From contig JAZSKX010000013.1 in assembly GCA_045535075.1 (NCBI GenBank), forward strand, positions 32,001 through 96,000: a stretch of DNA of 64,000 nt. Reading direction: 5' to 3'. The notes under the pieces were generated by a model, which saw nothing but the letters and a program-made list of their open reading frames with translations, ran no database searches and was not told where the DNA came from. The DNA is from Candidatus Spyradenecus sp. Lineage in GTDB: Bacteria; Verrucomicrobiota; Verrucomicrobiia; Opitutales; UBA953. The position numbers and the translations under genes were made by a program. Below are positions 20,300-30,636 of the stretch, piece after piece (position 1 is the first letter of the stretch; each line of letters starts with the position of its first letter).

Positions 20300-23200
20300 C
20301 TAGCGCGTTTCGAGCGCTGAGGATTTCGAATGAGCGGAAAATTCCGGCGCGTAGAGCGAACGGATTTCCGCATGCCCGGCGGAATATTTTCCGCTGTGGA
20401 CGGCACGAATCGAATATTCCAAGACATGCTTTCCTTGCGGAAGGCGGTCGAAGAAAAATTCTTCCGCCGTGTCGCTACTTGTCGTGTAGTACCAAACGGC
20501 GTTGTTCCAACGATAGCCGGAGCGTGTTCCCGTCGGTTCACAACCCGAAGCGCGTAAATCTTTGACGTGGACGAATTCGAAATCCCGGTCGGCTTCGATG
20601 ACGAGACGCACGACGATTTCGTCGCCCGGAAGAAGCATTTCCGCGCGAATCGGATAAAGACGCGCTTTCCCGTCGTCACCCGGTGCTTTCTTCCAAAGAG
20701 ATTTGCGAATCTTAAATCCGTTCGACGGCGTGTAATTTTCGATTGAGTCAATATCCGCTTCGTAGTTCCAAACAGCGGAAACGAAAATCGGATTTTTCCC
20801 CGGATTCTTCATTTTGAGGGTTTCAAGCGCGGGAACAATTTCCCCCGAAGCAAAGCGCTTGCCGCCCGCCGCGATGCGTTGCGTTCCCGCAAAAACCTCC
20901 GGTTCGGCTACGTTTTCAGCTGCCGTCGTTGCGTTGCCGCGCATTGCGTCTTCCGTCAGCGTTCCCGCGTCGTCGTCCGCGTTTGCGTTCGGTGCGTTTG
21001 TGCGGAGCAGGGCGAAAACTGCTTCCGCCGTCGCGCGGGACGCCTGCCACGCCTGTGCCTGCTTTTGCGTGAGCAACCACGTCTTTAACTCGGCAACCGC
21101 CTCAGCATCGTTTGCGACTTTGGCAAAAAGTTCAATCATCATTGCCTGAGTTTCGATTGAGGCGAATTCAACGCACCACGGACAAAGGCTGTATCCATTC
21201 TTCCAATACATTCCGAGATCTTCGCTCGTCACGGCGTGCTGGCGAATCGACTCGACGATACGCTCCGAAACGGGATAAGTTCCGCCGGCGAGAACAATCG
21301 CGATTTGCGCCTGTGAATAACGCGGGAGCTTTGTCCAATTTTCCGGCTTGCACGCTTCGGCGATATAGTGATTCCACGCTTGATCGAGATCGCCCGTCTG
21401 GCGCGTAAGGTGGCGCATATAAAGCCAATCGACAAGTTCGCAGTCGAGCGGCGCGGGAACGCGCTCTCCTTTTGCATTGAAGCGGTTGAACTTGGATTTT
21501 GCCCAGCGATCCTGCGCGATGACGGCGCTATGGGCAAACTCGATTTCGGATTTTTCGAGCGCGCCGATTTCGACGAGGCGTGCGAGTCCGATAAGAATTG
21601 TTCGCGTGATGCGCGGTGAGACGTTTTGTGCGCCCGGGAACCAAGACCAGCCGTCGCCCTTGAGTTCTGCGAGGCGTTCCCGCAAAACGGCAAGTGCACG
21701 TGCCGATTCCTGTGCCATCGTGTTGCCGTCAAACAACTGTGCGACGGCGCGGCGCTGCGCGGTTTCGTCGTCCGCATCTGCAACAAACGGCGTTGCCTCA
21801 AGAGCAATATTTTTTGCCGTATTTTGAGCGAGCGGCGAATGTAAATCCTGCGCGTCGTTTCCGAGTGCCGTGAGAGCCTCAAACTTGCGGCGGTAATCCG
21901 GATTTTCCTTTGCGATTTTTTCCGCAAGTTTGTTCGTGTAGAAGCGGTAGAAAATCGAATCGGAGGAATCGTTTTCGCGTGCAAGTAAGGCAAGTCGCGG
22001 GAGCGCCAAAAACGCATCCCACGCGGGATCGGCGTTAATTTCGATGCTTAATTGGTCGATTTTTTTATTTTTTAGGTCGAGCGCCGCTTCGCGTTCCGTA
22101 CCTGCGCGTACGAGAAAATTCGCACTTTCGGAAACGGAAATTTTTCGGGGAAGAACGGGCAACAAAGCTTCTTCTCCGTCAGAAAATTCTTCCGCGCGCG
22201 CCGTTGCACGGTAGGTGAGAAAACCGCAGTTTTCGGGAACGCGGATTTTCCAAGTCAGCGTTTTTGTCGCACCGGCGGGAACGGAGAATGCCTGTTCCCG
22301 TGCTTCATCGCAGAGTTCGGCAAAAACGTCTTTGCGGTTATCGGCACGGTTGAATGCGATTTGAGCCTTGCCGGAGAGCGGCGTTTTTCCGCTGTTGGAA
22401 ATCTTGACGGGAAACTCAATTGTGTCGCCTTCACGCAAAAAGCGCGGCGCATTCGGTTGCGCCATTAGCGGTTTTGACGTGACGATGCTTTTATTTTCAA
22501 GAGAGCCGCTTCGCAGGTTTTTGTCGTGTGCGAACGCGATAAAGCGCCAACCGGTCAGCGCCTCGGGAACGACAAATGTAATTTGAGCAACACCGTTTGC
22601 ATCCGTGTTGATGAAGGGATGGAAAAATGCCGTTTCCTGAAGATTTTTTCGCGGAGAAGGTGGAGTGTCGATGCGCTGTTCCCGTGAGCCTTCTTCGGAT
22701 TCGGGCTCTTCGGCGGAGTGTGCTACGGCGAATGCGCCGTTGACGAGGTTCTCCGATTCGCAATCCTCCATCCAATCTTCCCCTATCGATTCCGGAGACG
22801 GCGCGGCTTGGACCGTTGCGGCACGCGGAGCAGCTCCTCGCGCTTTGCGGGATACGAATCCGACGGGCATAGAACCGAATTCGGAGAATTTTGGTGCTTT
22901 GCGCCAAGGTAAAATCCAATCAATCGCTTCATACAAGCTTCGCTTTGCGTAAGGCGTTTCCGGAAATGCTTCGGAGCTGTAGAGCGTTGATAGAACTTGG
23001 TTTTTGATAAGGCTCGGGCGCCAATTGCGGGAATCATAACTCGAGAAATCGAAGCTGCCGATGTCTTGCCAATTGTTGCAGAAGCTGTCGAGCGATCGGT
23101 CGTAGAGCAGGGCAAGCATTTCGGCGCTTGCCGGCGTTCCGTCCGGAAGCGTGATGCGAGCCGTCCACACCTCTGCGCCGCCGGGAACGAGTTGCGAACG

Positions 23201-26200
23201 GAAGCGTTGCCATTCGATCTTCAAATCTTTTTTCGGCTCGGGAACGCTGACGTAATAATCGGACGAAAACATTCTTCCGTCGCGGAATTGTGTGAGGCGG
23301 ACATTGAATCCGCCGATGAGTTCCTGCGTCACGGGAACGTTAATCGTTTCCTGCGTATTGCCTTTTATTGTCCAAAAGATTTTCAGCGGTTTTCCGTTTT
23401 TGGCGATTTCAACGCGCGCACGTGCCGAGTCGTAGCCGCTTCCCCAAACAAAGGAAAAAGTCTCACCGACTTGCGTCTCATGATTATAGCCGGCTTCTTT
23501 GCTGAGAATTATCGGTTGTCTAACCGGGCATCGTGTGGCGTTCCCGCCGATTTTGGTCAGACCTACAGTCTTTTCAAACGGACGCGCGAATGCGTCTTTC
23601 CCGGAGAGAACGACCTGAAACGAACCGGATTCCGGCAATGCATTTTCCGGAATTTCGATGTGCGTTACGCCGGTTTTCACATCCGAGGTGAACTGAGTTT
23701 CAAAAAGCTTTTTTCCGCGGACGCCTTCGTCATTGCGCGGGTAACCTGCAGGGAGTCTGAAGCGTCTGATTTTTTCGGGAAGGACGGCTTCGTAAATGCT
23801 GAGCGTTGCGGGAACGGCAAGCGGTTTGAAAGACAAATTCGTCAAACGCACTTCGGCTTTCTTGTCGTTAACATTTAAATCCGCCCGAACGCCGCAATTG
23901 CCGATTTCGAGTCTTGTCGTTTCGATGTGTGTTTCTCCGGTGCTGTCGGTAACGGCAATTTCGACGGAATAAGCGCGGTCCAGTTCACGTTCCGCTTCCA
24001 ATTTTTCGCTCGGCGAAAGCTTACGTGCTTCGCGCTTGGAGAGTTTTTTCGTCTTTGTCGGAAACGCGATTTTAAAATTCCCGTCGGAATCGAGTTTGCC
24101 TTCGCCGCGGGCAATCAATTTTTCTTCGAATCCGTAATCGGCAAAAGAACTTTCCGTAGCATTCCATGTAATCTTGGCATCGGCTAGCGGCATTCCCGTA
24201 AATGCCTTGGCACTGACTAATACCTCTGCAGCTTGCCCGAGAATGACTTGTTTTTCGGGTGATTCGATAGAGAGTTCAAATTTCGGGCGCTTGTATTCTT
24301 CAACGCTGATGTATTTTTCGATCTTATCGAATTTCAGCTTAAACGCGCCTTTGAGCAATCCGGCAGGCGCGGTAAACGTTCCCGCAAACGAGCCGAACGC
24401 ATTCGTATAGCATTCGGTTTTGGCGACTTCTTTGTCGTTTGCGTCGAAAAGCTTGACTTCGACTTTCTCGCCGGGAAGCACCTTGCCCGATCCGGGAACA
24501 TCCGCGTCATAACGGGCTCGGATTCCTTTGAAATGAATAAGTTGCCCCGGACGATAAATCGCCCGGTCGGTGAAAAGCTTCCCGATGTCGTTGTCCGGCT
24601 TGCGCTCTGTTCCGCGCCATGTAGTTTTTTCGGAAATACTGACGGCGTTCCCGTCGGGCGCGACGGCGAGTGCAACGAAATCCGCCTTGAGGCCGGGAAG
24701 CTCGAAGCTGCCGTCTGCCGTGCTTTTTACGCTTTCCACAGGAACGCGGTCGCCGCCGTAAACTTTGTTCCACGCGGCGATTTCGACATTTCCGAGCGGT
24801 TCTCCGGTCTTAGCGTCAACGACGTAGCCGCGCAACGTACGCACATCCTTCGCATTCCGGCGAAACGGAATCGCTTCCGTGATAACGGCAATGTCGGAAA
24901 CCCAAACCGTCATGTACGGAATACGATCGTCTGAGAAGGATTTGAAATTCGGGTCTGCCGATGCCGTAATAAAGTAAAAACCGGGTTCGAATTTCTCGAA
25001 CGGCGCGGGAACGACGAATTCGTGTTCCGCAAAATCGGTGAACGTTTCGAGTTCCTGCGACCATGTAATCGCGCCTTCTTCGCTGAGTAAAATTTCTCGG
25101 CGTTCGTCTTTTGAAAGATTTTCGGGGCGGTTGCGTTCCCGCCGCAGGAAATCCTGCCAGTCCCACGGCACGGCGCGGAAATGAATTTTTCCGATGTTTT
25201 GGGCTTTAAACGCTATTTGTGAGGATTCCGCATCGAACCAAGTTGCTTCCGTACTCAAGGCGCCGAGATGCTGCGATGTCATCGAATCCAAGACGGCGGC
25301 ACATTCTGCGGAATTTTTATGTTGTTTGTATTTTTCAAAGCCTTCTTTGGCGAAGAGGAAAGCTTCTTCCCGCCGCTCGTCTTCAATGGCGTTTTGCGCA
25401 AGTGCGGCAAAGGCTTCTGCGGCAATCGGATAATAGGAAAATTCCTTGGTGAAATTTTTCAGATCGGCTTCGTAGCTTTCGCTTTCCGGAGAAAATCCGG
25501 CAAAAACGGCACGCGCGTAGGCGGACTTATCGGCGTCGTTGACGTGAAACTCTTTCCATGCGTCAAGCAGTTCGCGATAGGCTTTTTCTGCGGCGGGAAC
25601 GCGGCGGGTAAGCGTCGGATAAAACTTGACGGCATCTTGGGCGAAGAAGTCGTAGAGTGTCGGAAAATCCGCGGGTTGCGAATCGTTGAGCGAAAAAATT
25701 CCGAACGCGTTCCCGCGGAATATTTTTAGGATTTTCTTATTGCTTGTCTGCTTGGCGGCGAACATTGCAATCGGGATTTTTTTCAATGTTTCGGCGTCTT
25801 CAAAAACGTTTTGATAAGCGGCAAGCGCAGCGGCGGCAAGCCGGTCGTTGCTCCAGATCGCGAGATCGTCGTCTTTACCTTCGTTGTCGGCAAGCGGCGT
25901 TTGCGGACGCATTTGTCCGAAGCGTCGCTCATTTGACAAATCCCGGAGCGTGCAAGCGAGTACGGAGGAAAGAAACGCACGCGCCTCGACGGACGGAGCC
26001 TCGGCGACGGCGCGTTGCAACTCCCGAACTGCGGTGACGGATTCGTTTCTGCCTTCTTCGATTTGGGCTCGCGTAGCGGCTCGCAAACAGAGAGCGAGCG
26101 CGTATTCGTCCCAAGCGGCGGCTTGTTCTGCTTGCCCGGCGATTTCGTCGAACGCGGCAATGGCATCGCGCGGTTTTTCGCGAATAACGGAAAGGGCGTT

Positions 26201-26293
26201 TTCCCAAAAGATTTCACGCGGATTTTCTTGCGCCGAAAGCAGGAGCGTTCCCGCGACAAAAGAAGAAAGAGCAAAAGCGATTATTTTTTTCAT
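20300..26293 (-). CDS. Bacterial alpha-2-macroglobulin family protein (1997 aa)
   Basis: Signal peptide; FTDRAIYRPGQ, VEEYKRPKFE (MG2), RKNLQETAFF, PEALTGW, PRFLREGD, YAPEFSAHS. Confidence 0.9.
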   Translation of the reverse strand: MKKIIAFALSSFVAGTLLLSAQENPREIFWENALSVIREKPRDAIAAFDEIAGQAEQAAAWDEYALALCLRAATRAQIEEGRNESVTAVRELQRAVAEAPSVEARAFLSSVLACTLRDLSNERRFGQMRPQTPLADNEGKDDDLAIWSNDRLAAAALAAYQNVFEDAETLKKIPIAMFAAKQTSNKKILKIFRGNAFGIFSLNDSQPADFPTLYDFFAQDAVKFYPTLTRRVPAAEKAYRELLDAWKEFHVNDADKSAYARAVFAGFSPESESYEADLKNFTKEFSYYPIAAEAFAALAQNAIEDERREEAFLFAKEGFEKYKQHKNSAECAAVLDSMTSQHLGALSTEATWFDAESSQIAFKAQNIGKIHFRAVPWDWQDFLRRERNRPENLSKDERREILLSEEGAITWSQELETFTDFAEHEFVVPAPFEKFEPGFYFITASADPNFKSFSDDRIPYMTVWVSDIAVITEAIPFRRNAKDVRTLRGYVVDAKTGEPLGNVEIAAWNKVYGGDRVPVESVKSTADGSFELPGLKADFVALAVAPDGNAVSISEKTTWRGTERKPDNDIGKLFTDRAIYRPGQLIHFKGIRARYDADVPGSGKVLPGEKVEVKLFDANDKEVAKTECYTNAFGSFAGTFTAPAGLLKGAFKLKFDKIEKYISVEEYKRPKFELSIESPEKQVILGQAAEVLVSAKAFTGMPLADAKITWNATESSFADYGFEEKLIARGEGKLDSDGNFKIAFPTKTKKLSKREARKLSPSEKLEAERELDRAYSVEIAVTDSTGETHIETTRLEIGNCGVRADLNVNDKKAEVRLTNLSFKPLAVPATLSIYEAVLPEKIRRFRLPAGYPRNDEGVRGKKLFETQFTSDVKTGVTHIEIPENALPESGSFQVVLSGKDAFARPFEKTVGLTKIGGNATRCPVRQPIILSKEAGYNHETQVGETFSFVWGSGYDSARARVEIAKNGKPLKIFWTIKGNTQETINVPVTQELIGGFNVRLTQFRDGRMFSSDYYVSVPEPKKDLKIEWQRFRSQLVPGGAEVWTARITLPDGTPASAEMLALLYDRSLDSFCNNWQDIGSFDFSSYDSRNWRPSLIKNQVLSTLYSSEAFPETPYAKRSLYEAIDWILPWRKAPKFSEFGSMPVGFVSRKARGAAPRAATVQAAPSPESIGEDWMEDCESENLVNGAFAVAHSAEEPESEEGSREQRIDTPPSPRKNLQETAFFHPFINTDANGVAQITFVVPEALTGWRFIAFAHDKNLRSGSLENKSIVTSKPLMAQPNAPRFLREGDTIEFPVKISNSGKTPLSGKAQIAFNRADNRKDVFAELCDEAREQAFSVPAGATKTLTWKIRVPENCGFLTYRATARAEEFSDGEEALLPVLPRKISVSESANFLVRAGTEREAALDLKNKKIDQLSIEINADPAWDAFLALPRLALLARENDSSDSIFYRFYTNKLAEKIAKENPDYRRKFEALTALGNDAQDLHSPLAQNTAKNIALEATPFVADADDETAQRRAVAQLFDGNTMAQESARALAVLRERLAELKGDGWSWFPGAQNVSPRITRTILIGLARLVEIGALEKSEIEFAHSAVIAQDRWAKSKFNRFNAKGERVPAPLDCELVDWLYMRHLTRQTGDLDQAWNHYIAEACKPENWTKLPRYSQAQIAIVLAGGTYPVSERIVESIRQHAVTSEDLGMYWKNGYSLCPWCVEFASIETQAMMIELFAKVANDAEAVAELKTWLLTQKQAQAWQASRATAEAVFALLRTNAPNANADDDAGTLTEDAMRGNATTAAENVAEPEVFAGTQRIAAGGKRFASGEIVPALETLKMKNPGKNPIFVSAVWNYEADIDSIENYTPSNGFKIRKSLWKKAPGDDGKARLYPIRAEMLLPGDEIVVRLVIEADRDFEFVHVKDLRASGCEPTGTRSGYRWNNAVWYYTTSSDTAEEFFFDRLPQGKHVLEYSIRAVHSGKYSAGHAEIRSLYAPEFSAHSKSSALETR

Positions 26294-26352
26294 AGTTTAA
26301 AGGTAGTCTTAATTTAGCTTCTTAGGCGTCAACTGCGTTTTCAAGGCGAATT

Positions 26353-27024
26353 TTAAAAGAAATCGAATTCTCCCTGAAGGTGTTCGCGGAATTTTTTTGC
26401 ACTGGTGCTGGCGGAAATCAAATCGAGGATCTCCGAGCGTTCGAATGCGGGATGCTCGCACATATTGATGAGCAATTCCGCCGCAGCGATTGCGTCGTAG
26501 AGCGCGCAGTGGTAGCGGGAACGATTCTTCGGACAAAATTTTGCGGCGGTTTTTTCAAGACGGTCGCCGATTTCGAAACGCTCGATTAAGGTCGAAAGTT
26601 TGTGCGAATGTTCGTGCGGAAACCATGTTTTGGCAATGCGGCAAGTGTCAATCCACGGTCCCCAGCTGTTAATCGGCGGGCAGCCGGTAATGGAAAAATC
26701 CGGAACTTTCCCGGGAACGCTCCATACGGTACCGAGCATCCCGATTTCCGCCGGCGCGTGGTGCGACCCGAACAGTCCGCTTTGGCGAAGTCCGGAAAAA
26801 ACATTCCAGTCGTTCTCGACGGGAGCGAGCCCTTCGACATCGTCGTTGAAAATGCCGTGAACCTCGGATTCTTCAAGCGGGATAAAGCTTTTGACGCCGC
26901 AGAGTCGCGTGCGTGCGTCAATCACTTTTCCGCCGAGCAAAGTCGCAAAACCGTATTCGACGATTCCGGAATTGACGGAGCCTTCAAAGTCCAAAACGTG
27001 AATCGGAATATTCTTCCAAAACAT
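26353..27024 (-). CDS. DEDDh 3'-5' exonuclease (DnaQ-like)
   Basis: VLDFEGS, WIDT, HCALYDA; start taken at the ATG that does not overlap the upstream gene. Confidence 0.8.
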   Translation of the reverse strand: MFWKNIPIHVLDFEGSVNSGIVEYGFATLLGGKVIDARTRLCGVKSFIPLEESEVHGIFNDDVEGLAPVENDWNVFSGLRQSGLFGSHHAPAEIGMLGTVWSVPGKVPDFSITGCPPINSWGPWIDTCRIAKTWFPHEHSHKLSTLIERFEIGDRLEKTAAKFCPKNRSRYHCALYDAIAAAELLINMCEHPAFERSEILDLISASTSAKKFREHLQGEFDFF

Positions 27025-27058
27025 AAGGTGTGTGCCGATAGAGTTTTTGGAAAAGTGT

Positions 27059-28027
27059 TTAAAAGTCGACGCCCTTAACAAGGCGTTGGACAACTTTTTT
27101 TCCGGTCATCGCCTCGTACCATGCGGCAAACTTTGCGGGAACGCGCATTTCGGAAAGCAATTCATCAAAGACCTGAACGCGTGTTTTGAGCTTTCCGGCA
27201 AGCGGATGTAAAATAAAGGACAAATCGCGCGGGCGGGAATCTGCGGCGCCGGGAACGTCCGCATAGCTGATTTTTTTGACGAGTTTTTCAGCCGGCAACT
27301 CGAAATGCCGGGCAATGCGCGCTCCGATTTCATAGCGGGAAAGCGCCTCGCCGCCCGCCCAATGGTAAACTCCGCTCAGGTTCGGGCGTTCGCACAACTC
27401 GACAAGAACATCGGCAAGATTGCCTGCGCTGACCGGCTGGCGAATTTCTTCGCCGAACAGAGCAGCCTGCTTTCCCGCTGCCCAATCCGCGAAAAGCCGC
27501 TCGTGCAAACTACGCGTTCCCGGGAAAGAATTTCCGGAAATGAGCGTCGTTCGAATGATACTTGCCGCGGACTTTCCGAATTTAAGGACTTCGCGTTCGC
27601 CCATGAGTTTGGTTTGCGCGTAAAGATTGCGCGGGAGCGGCATGTCGGTGTGCTCGTAATTTCCCTTGTCGCCGTCGAAAACCATGTCGGTCGAAACATG
27701 AACAAAGCGTCCGGAAATGTGGTTGGCAAGCATTGCCAATCGGCGCGGGAGCGCGACGTTGAGGCGCTCGGCGCGAGCCGGATTTTCGACGGCTTCAGCG
27801 ATAGACGTAACGGCGGCGCAATTAATAATCGCATCGGGGAATTCCTGAAGAATCAGCGATTCCAAGGCATCGGTATTTTCCAAATCCGTTTTCACGCGGC
27901 GGACCTGCGGGGGCAGAATCGGTTCCGTAGTATGCAAAACCGCCGTTACGTCAAAGCCTCGACGCAATGCGGAAAAAACGGTTTCTCGCCCCAGAAATCC
28001 GGCGGCTCCGGTAATAAACACTTTCAT
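27059..28027 (-). CDS. RmlD-like extended SDR oxidoreductase
   Basis: ITGAAGFLG, INCAA, HVSTDMVFDG, YAQTK. Confidence 0.85.
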   Translation of the reverse strand: MKVFITGAAGFLGRETVFSALRRGFDVTAVLHTTEPILPPQVRRVKTDLENTDALESLILQEFPDAIINCAAVTSIAEAVENPARAERLNVALPRRLAMLANHISGRFVHVSTDMVFDGDKGNYEHTDMPLPRNLYAQTKLMGEREVLKFGKSAASIIRTTLISGNSFPGTRSLHERLFADWAAGKQAALFGEEIRQPVSAGNLADVLVELCERPNLSGVYHWAGGEALSRYEIGARIARHFELPAEKLVKKISYADVPGAADSRPRDLSFILHPLAGKLKTRVQVFDELLSEMRVPAKFAAWYEAMTGKKVVQRLVKGVDF

Positions 28028-28037
28028 TGGAATGAAG

Positions 28038-28868
28038 CTAAATGCTTCCTTGCGGGAACGCAAATTGATTCAGGCGGGGAACACAGGCGAGCAGGGCGCG
28101 CGTGTATGCGTGTTGCGGGTGAGCAATGAGCTCGCGAGCCGGGCCTTCCTCGAGTTTTTCTCCCCGATAAAAAACGCAAACGCGATCGGCTATCTCGGAG
28201 ACAATGCCGAAATTATGCGTGATGAGTAAAATGCTCATGCCGAAGCGTTCCCGCAAATCGAGCAACAAATTCATGATTTGCTTTTGAATCGTCACGTCAA
28301 GCGCGGTCGTCGGTTCGTCGGCAATGAGAATTTTCGGATTCGCGGCAAGCGCCATTGCAATCATGACGCGTTGCTGCATACCGCCGGAAAACTCATGCGG
28401 GAACGCGCTCGCCAATTCCGGACGAATACCGACGGCATCAAGTACTTCCGCAACGCGCGCGCGGCGTTCCCGCGACGGCATTCCCGGAAGATGAATTTTC
28501 ATCATCTCTTCGATTTGAAAACCGACGGAGTAAGTCGGGTTCAACGAACTGAGCGGATCTTGGAAGATATAGGCGATTTCTTTACCGCGAACCTTGCGTA
28601 AATCGCGTTCCCGCAAGCCGATCAGCTCTTTCCCTCCAAGCAAAGCGCTCCCGCGGATTTGACAGGTCGGAGCTTCCGGAAGCAACCCCGTTAGCGCCTG
28701 CGAAGTTACGGATTTCCCGCTCCCGCTTTCGCCGACAATCGCAAGAATTTCGCCTTTATTCAGAAAAAAGGAAATATTGCGGACGACCGGCGAAACTTTT
28801 CCGCGGGAACAAAAATCCACGCACAAGTCGCGAACAGACAAAAGCGGAGTTTTACCTTCTTTGAGCAC
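28038..28868 (-). CDS. Oligopeptide/dipeptide ABC transporter ATP-binding subunit (OppD/DppD-like)
   Basis: GESGSGKS, IFQDP, FSGGMQQR, IADEPTTALD, HAYTRALL. Confidence 0.92.
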   Translation of the reverse strand: MLKEGKTPLLSVRDLCVDFCSRGKVSPVVRNISFFLNKGEILAIVGESGSGKSVTSQALTGLLPEAPTCQIRGSALLGGKELIGLRERDLRKVRGKEIAYIFQDPLSSLNPTYSVGFQIEEMMKIHLPGMPSRERRARVAEVLDAVGIRPELASAFPHEFSGGMQQRVMIAMALAANPKILIADEPTTALDVTIQKQIMNLLLDLRERFGMSILLITHNFGIVSEIADRVCVFYRGEKLEEGPARELIAHPQHAYTRALLACVPRLNQFAFPQGSI

Positions 28869-28907
28869 AGCCCCTTTAATCTTTTTACTTTAATCTCTAA
28901 TCTTCCT

Positions 28908-29939
28908 TTACTCGACGGCAAGCATCAGCGAACTCAAGCCGCTTCCGATTCCGAGCAGAGCGATTTTGTCGCCGTTGCGAATAGCGCCGGCTTCGCGCGC
29001 AAGCGTGAGCGTCGCGGGAAGCGAAACCGAGCCGACGTTGCCGAGTCGATCAAAGCTTTGCCAATCCTTGGAGCGGTCGAGCCCGAGTTTTTCAAAGAGA
29101 GCCGCCGTGTGGCGTACGCCGACCTGATGCGTAATGATGCGCGCCGGCGTATTTTCGTCCCATCCGGTTTCTTTTTTGAAATCCTCCCAAGCACGTGCCG
29201 CAAGTGAGATTCCGGCTTCGAGAAGCTTTTCCGAATCGGTTTGCATGGCAAGTGCGTTCCCGCTTGTGTCGCCTTCGCAGAGGCGATTCGCTTCGGAGTC
29301 CGTTGCGACAATGCCGCCGGTCAAATGCGGCGTCCCCGCGGGAACGAGCGAATCATGCGCAAGAATTGCGGCAACCGCTCCCGCGCCGATAGTCAGGTTC
29401 GCAAAATAAGGTTTAACGGAATTGCGCGTAAGCGACGTGTCGGCGTTGAGTTTGGCAATCGTATTTTCAACGAGCGGACGCCCGTTCTCGCCGGAACAAA
29501 TCAGCGCGCGACGAATTTGTCCGGATTCGATTAAGCCGGCGGCAACGACCATCGCGTTGAGGAAACCGAGGCAGGCATTCGAGACATCGAAAATCTGCGT
29601 GCGCTGCGTTAGCCCGAGCAAACCGTGCAGATAAGCCGCCGTCGACGGTTCCAGACGATCGCGGCAAACGGACGAGTGAATCAGCAAGTCGATATCTTCG
29701 GGGCGAGTTCCCGCACGTTGCATGACTTTTTTTCCCGCGAGCGCCGAGGCTTCGGACGGGCGAATCGCGTGCGCCCAAAAACGTCGCTCCCGAATGCCCG
29801 TCATCAACTCAAGGCGTCCGTAGGGCAATTTCAAACGTTCGTAAACGGGAGCCAGTTTTTGTTCCAAGTCCGCTGAAGTCCAAACTTCGGGCGGCAATTC
29901 GACTGCCATTTGCTCGATGGCGACGTGTGAAAATCGCAT
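28908..29939 (-). CDS. 3-oxoacyl-ACP synthase III family thiolase, OleA-like
   Basis: LEPSTA, DVSNACLGFLN, THQVG, GNVGSVSLP, LLGIGSGL. Confidence 0.85.
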   Translation of the reverse strand: MRFSHVAIEQMAVELPPEVWTSADLEQKLAPVYERLKLPYGRLELMTGIRERRFWAHAIRPSEASALAGKKVMQRAGTRPEDIDLLIHSSVCRDRLEPSTAAYLHGLLGLTQRTQIFDVSNACLGFLNAMVVAAGLIESGQIRRALICSGENGRPLVENTIAKLNADTSLTRNSVKPYFANLTIGAGAVAAILAHDSLVPAGTPHLTGGIVATDSEANRLCEGDTSGNALAMQTDSEKLLEAGISLAARAWEDFKKETGWDENTPARIITHQVGVRHTAALFEKLGLDRSKDWQSFDRLGNVGSVSLPATLTLAREAGAIRNGDKIALLGIGSGLSSLMLAVE

Positions 29940-30035
29940 AGTGAAAAACTCCGATTAGCGTTCGTTCCCGCCGGAAATCCGAACGGGAACGCGTGAAGCT
30001 TTCTTTAGTCTCTAATCTTTAATCCCGGGCACTTT

Positions 30036-30593
30036 TTAGACTTTTTTCAAGTCGGCTTCTTTCGCCTTGAACGCCGCGTCAATAACGGCAATCCATTTGT
30101 CCGTAAGCGCCTGAATGTCTTTTTCCGTACGCTTGCAATCGTCTTCCGAAGCTGCTTTGTCTTTGTTGATTTTTTTGACGAGTTCAAGACCATCGCGGCG
30201 CGCCGTGCGAACGCGGACGCGGCCTTCTTCGGCGTAGCGATTGGCGACTTTTACGAGTTCGTTGCGGCGTTCACCCGTCAATTCCGGAACCGGGCAGCGG
30301 ACAATCGTTCCCTGAACGGACGGCGTAAGCCCGATATTGGCGCCGAGAATCGCTTTTTCAATGGCCTTGAGCAAGCCTTTATCGAAAGGAGTAATGACAA
30401 TTGAACGCGCATCCGGCGTGGAAACCGTCGCGCAGTTTTTCAGCGGCATCATGCTTCCGTAAGCTTCTACCTGAACGCCTTCAACCATAGACGGTTGGGC
30501 TTTTCCCGTATTGATTGTGGAAAATTCGTGTTCGGTGTGAGCGACGGCTTTTTGCATCGCTTCGTTGGTGGCATCTGTGATTTGTTTCAGCAT
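30036..30593 (-). CDS. frr: Ribosome recycling factor
   Basis: TGKAQPSMVE, PELTGERR.ELVK, RTARRD; follows pyrH. Confidence 0.95.
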   Translation of the reverse strand: MLKQITDATNEAMQKAVAHTEHEFSTINTGKAQPSMVEGVQVEAYGSMMPLKNCATVSTPDARSIVITPFDKGLLKAIEKAILGANIGLTPSVQGTIVRCPVPELTGERRNELVKVANRYAEEGRVRVRTARRDGLELVKKINKDKAASEDDCKRTEKDIQALTDKWIAVIDAAFKAKEADLKKV

Positions 30594-30636
30594 ATTTTTA
30601 AGTATTGAAATTAAAATTACAAATTCGCGGGAACGC

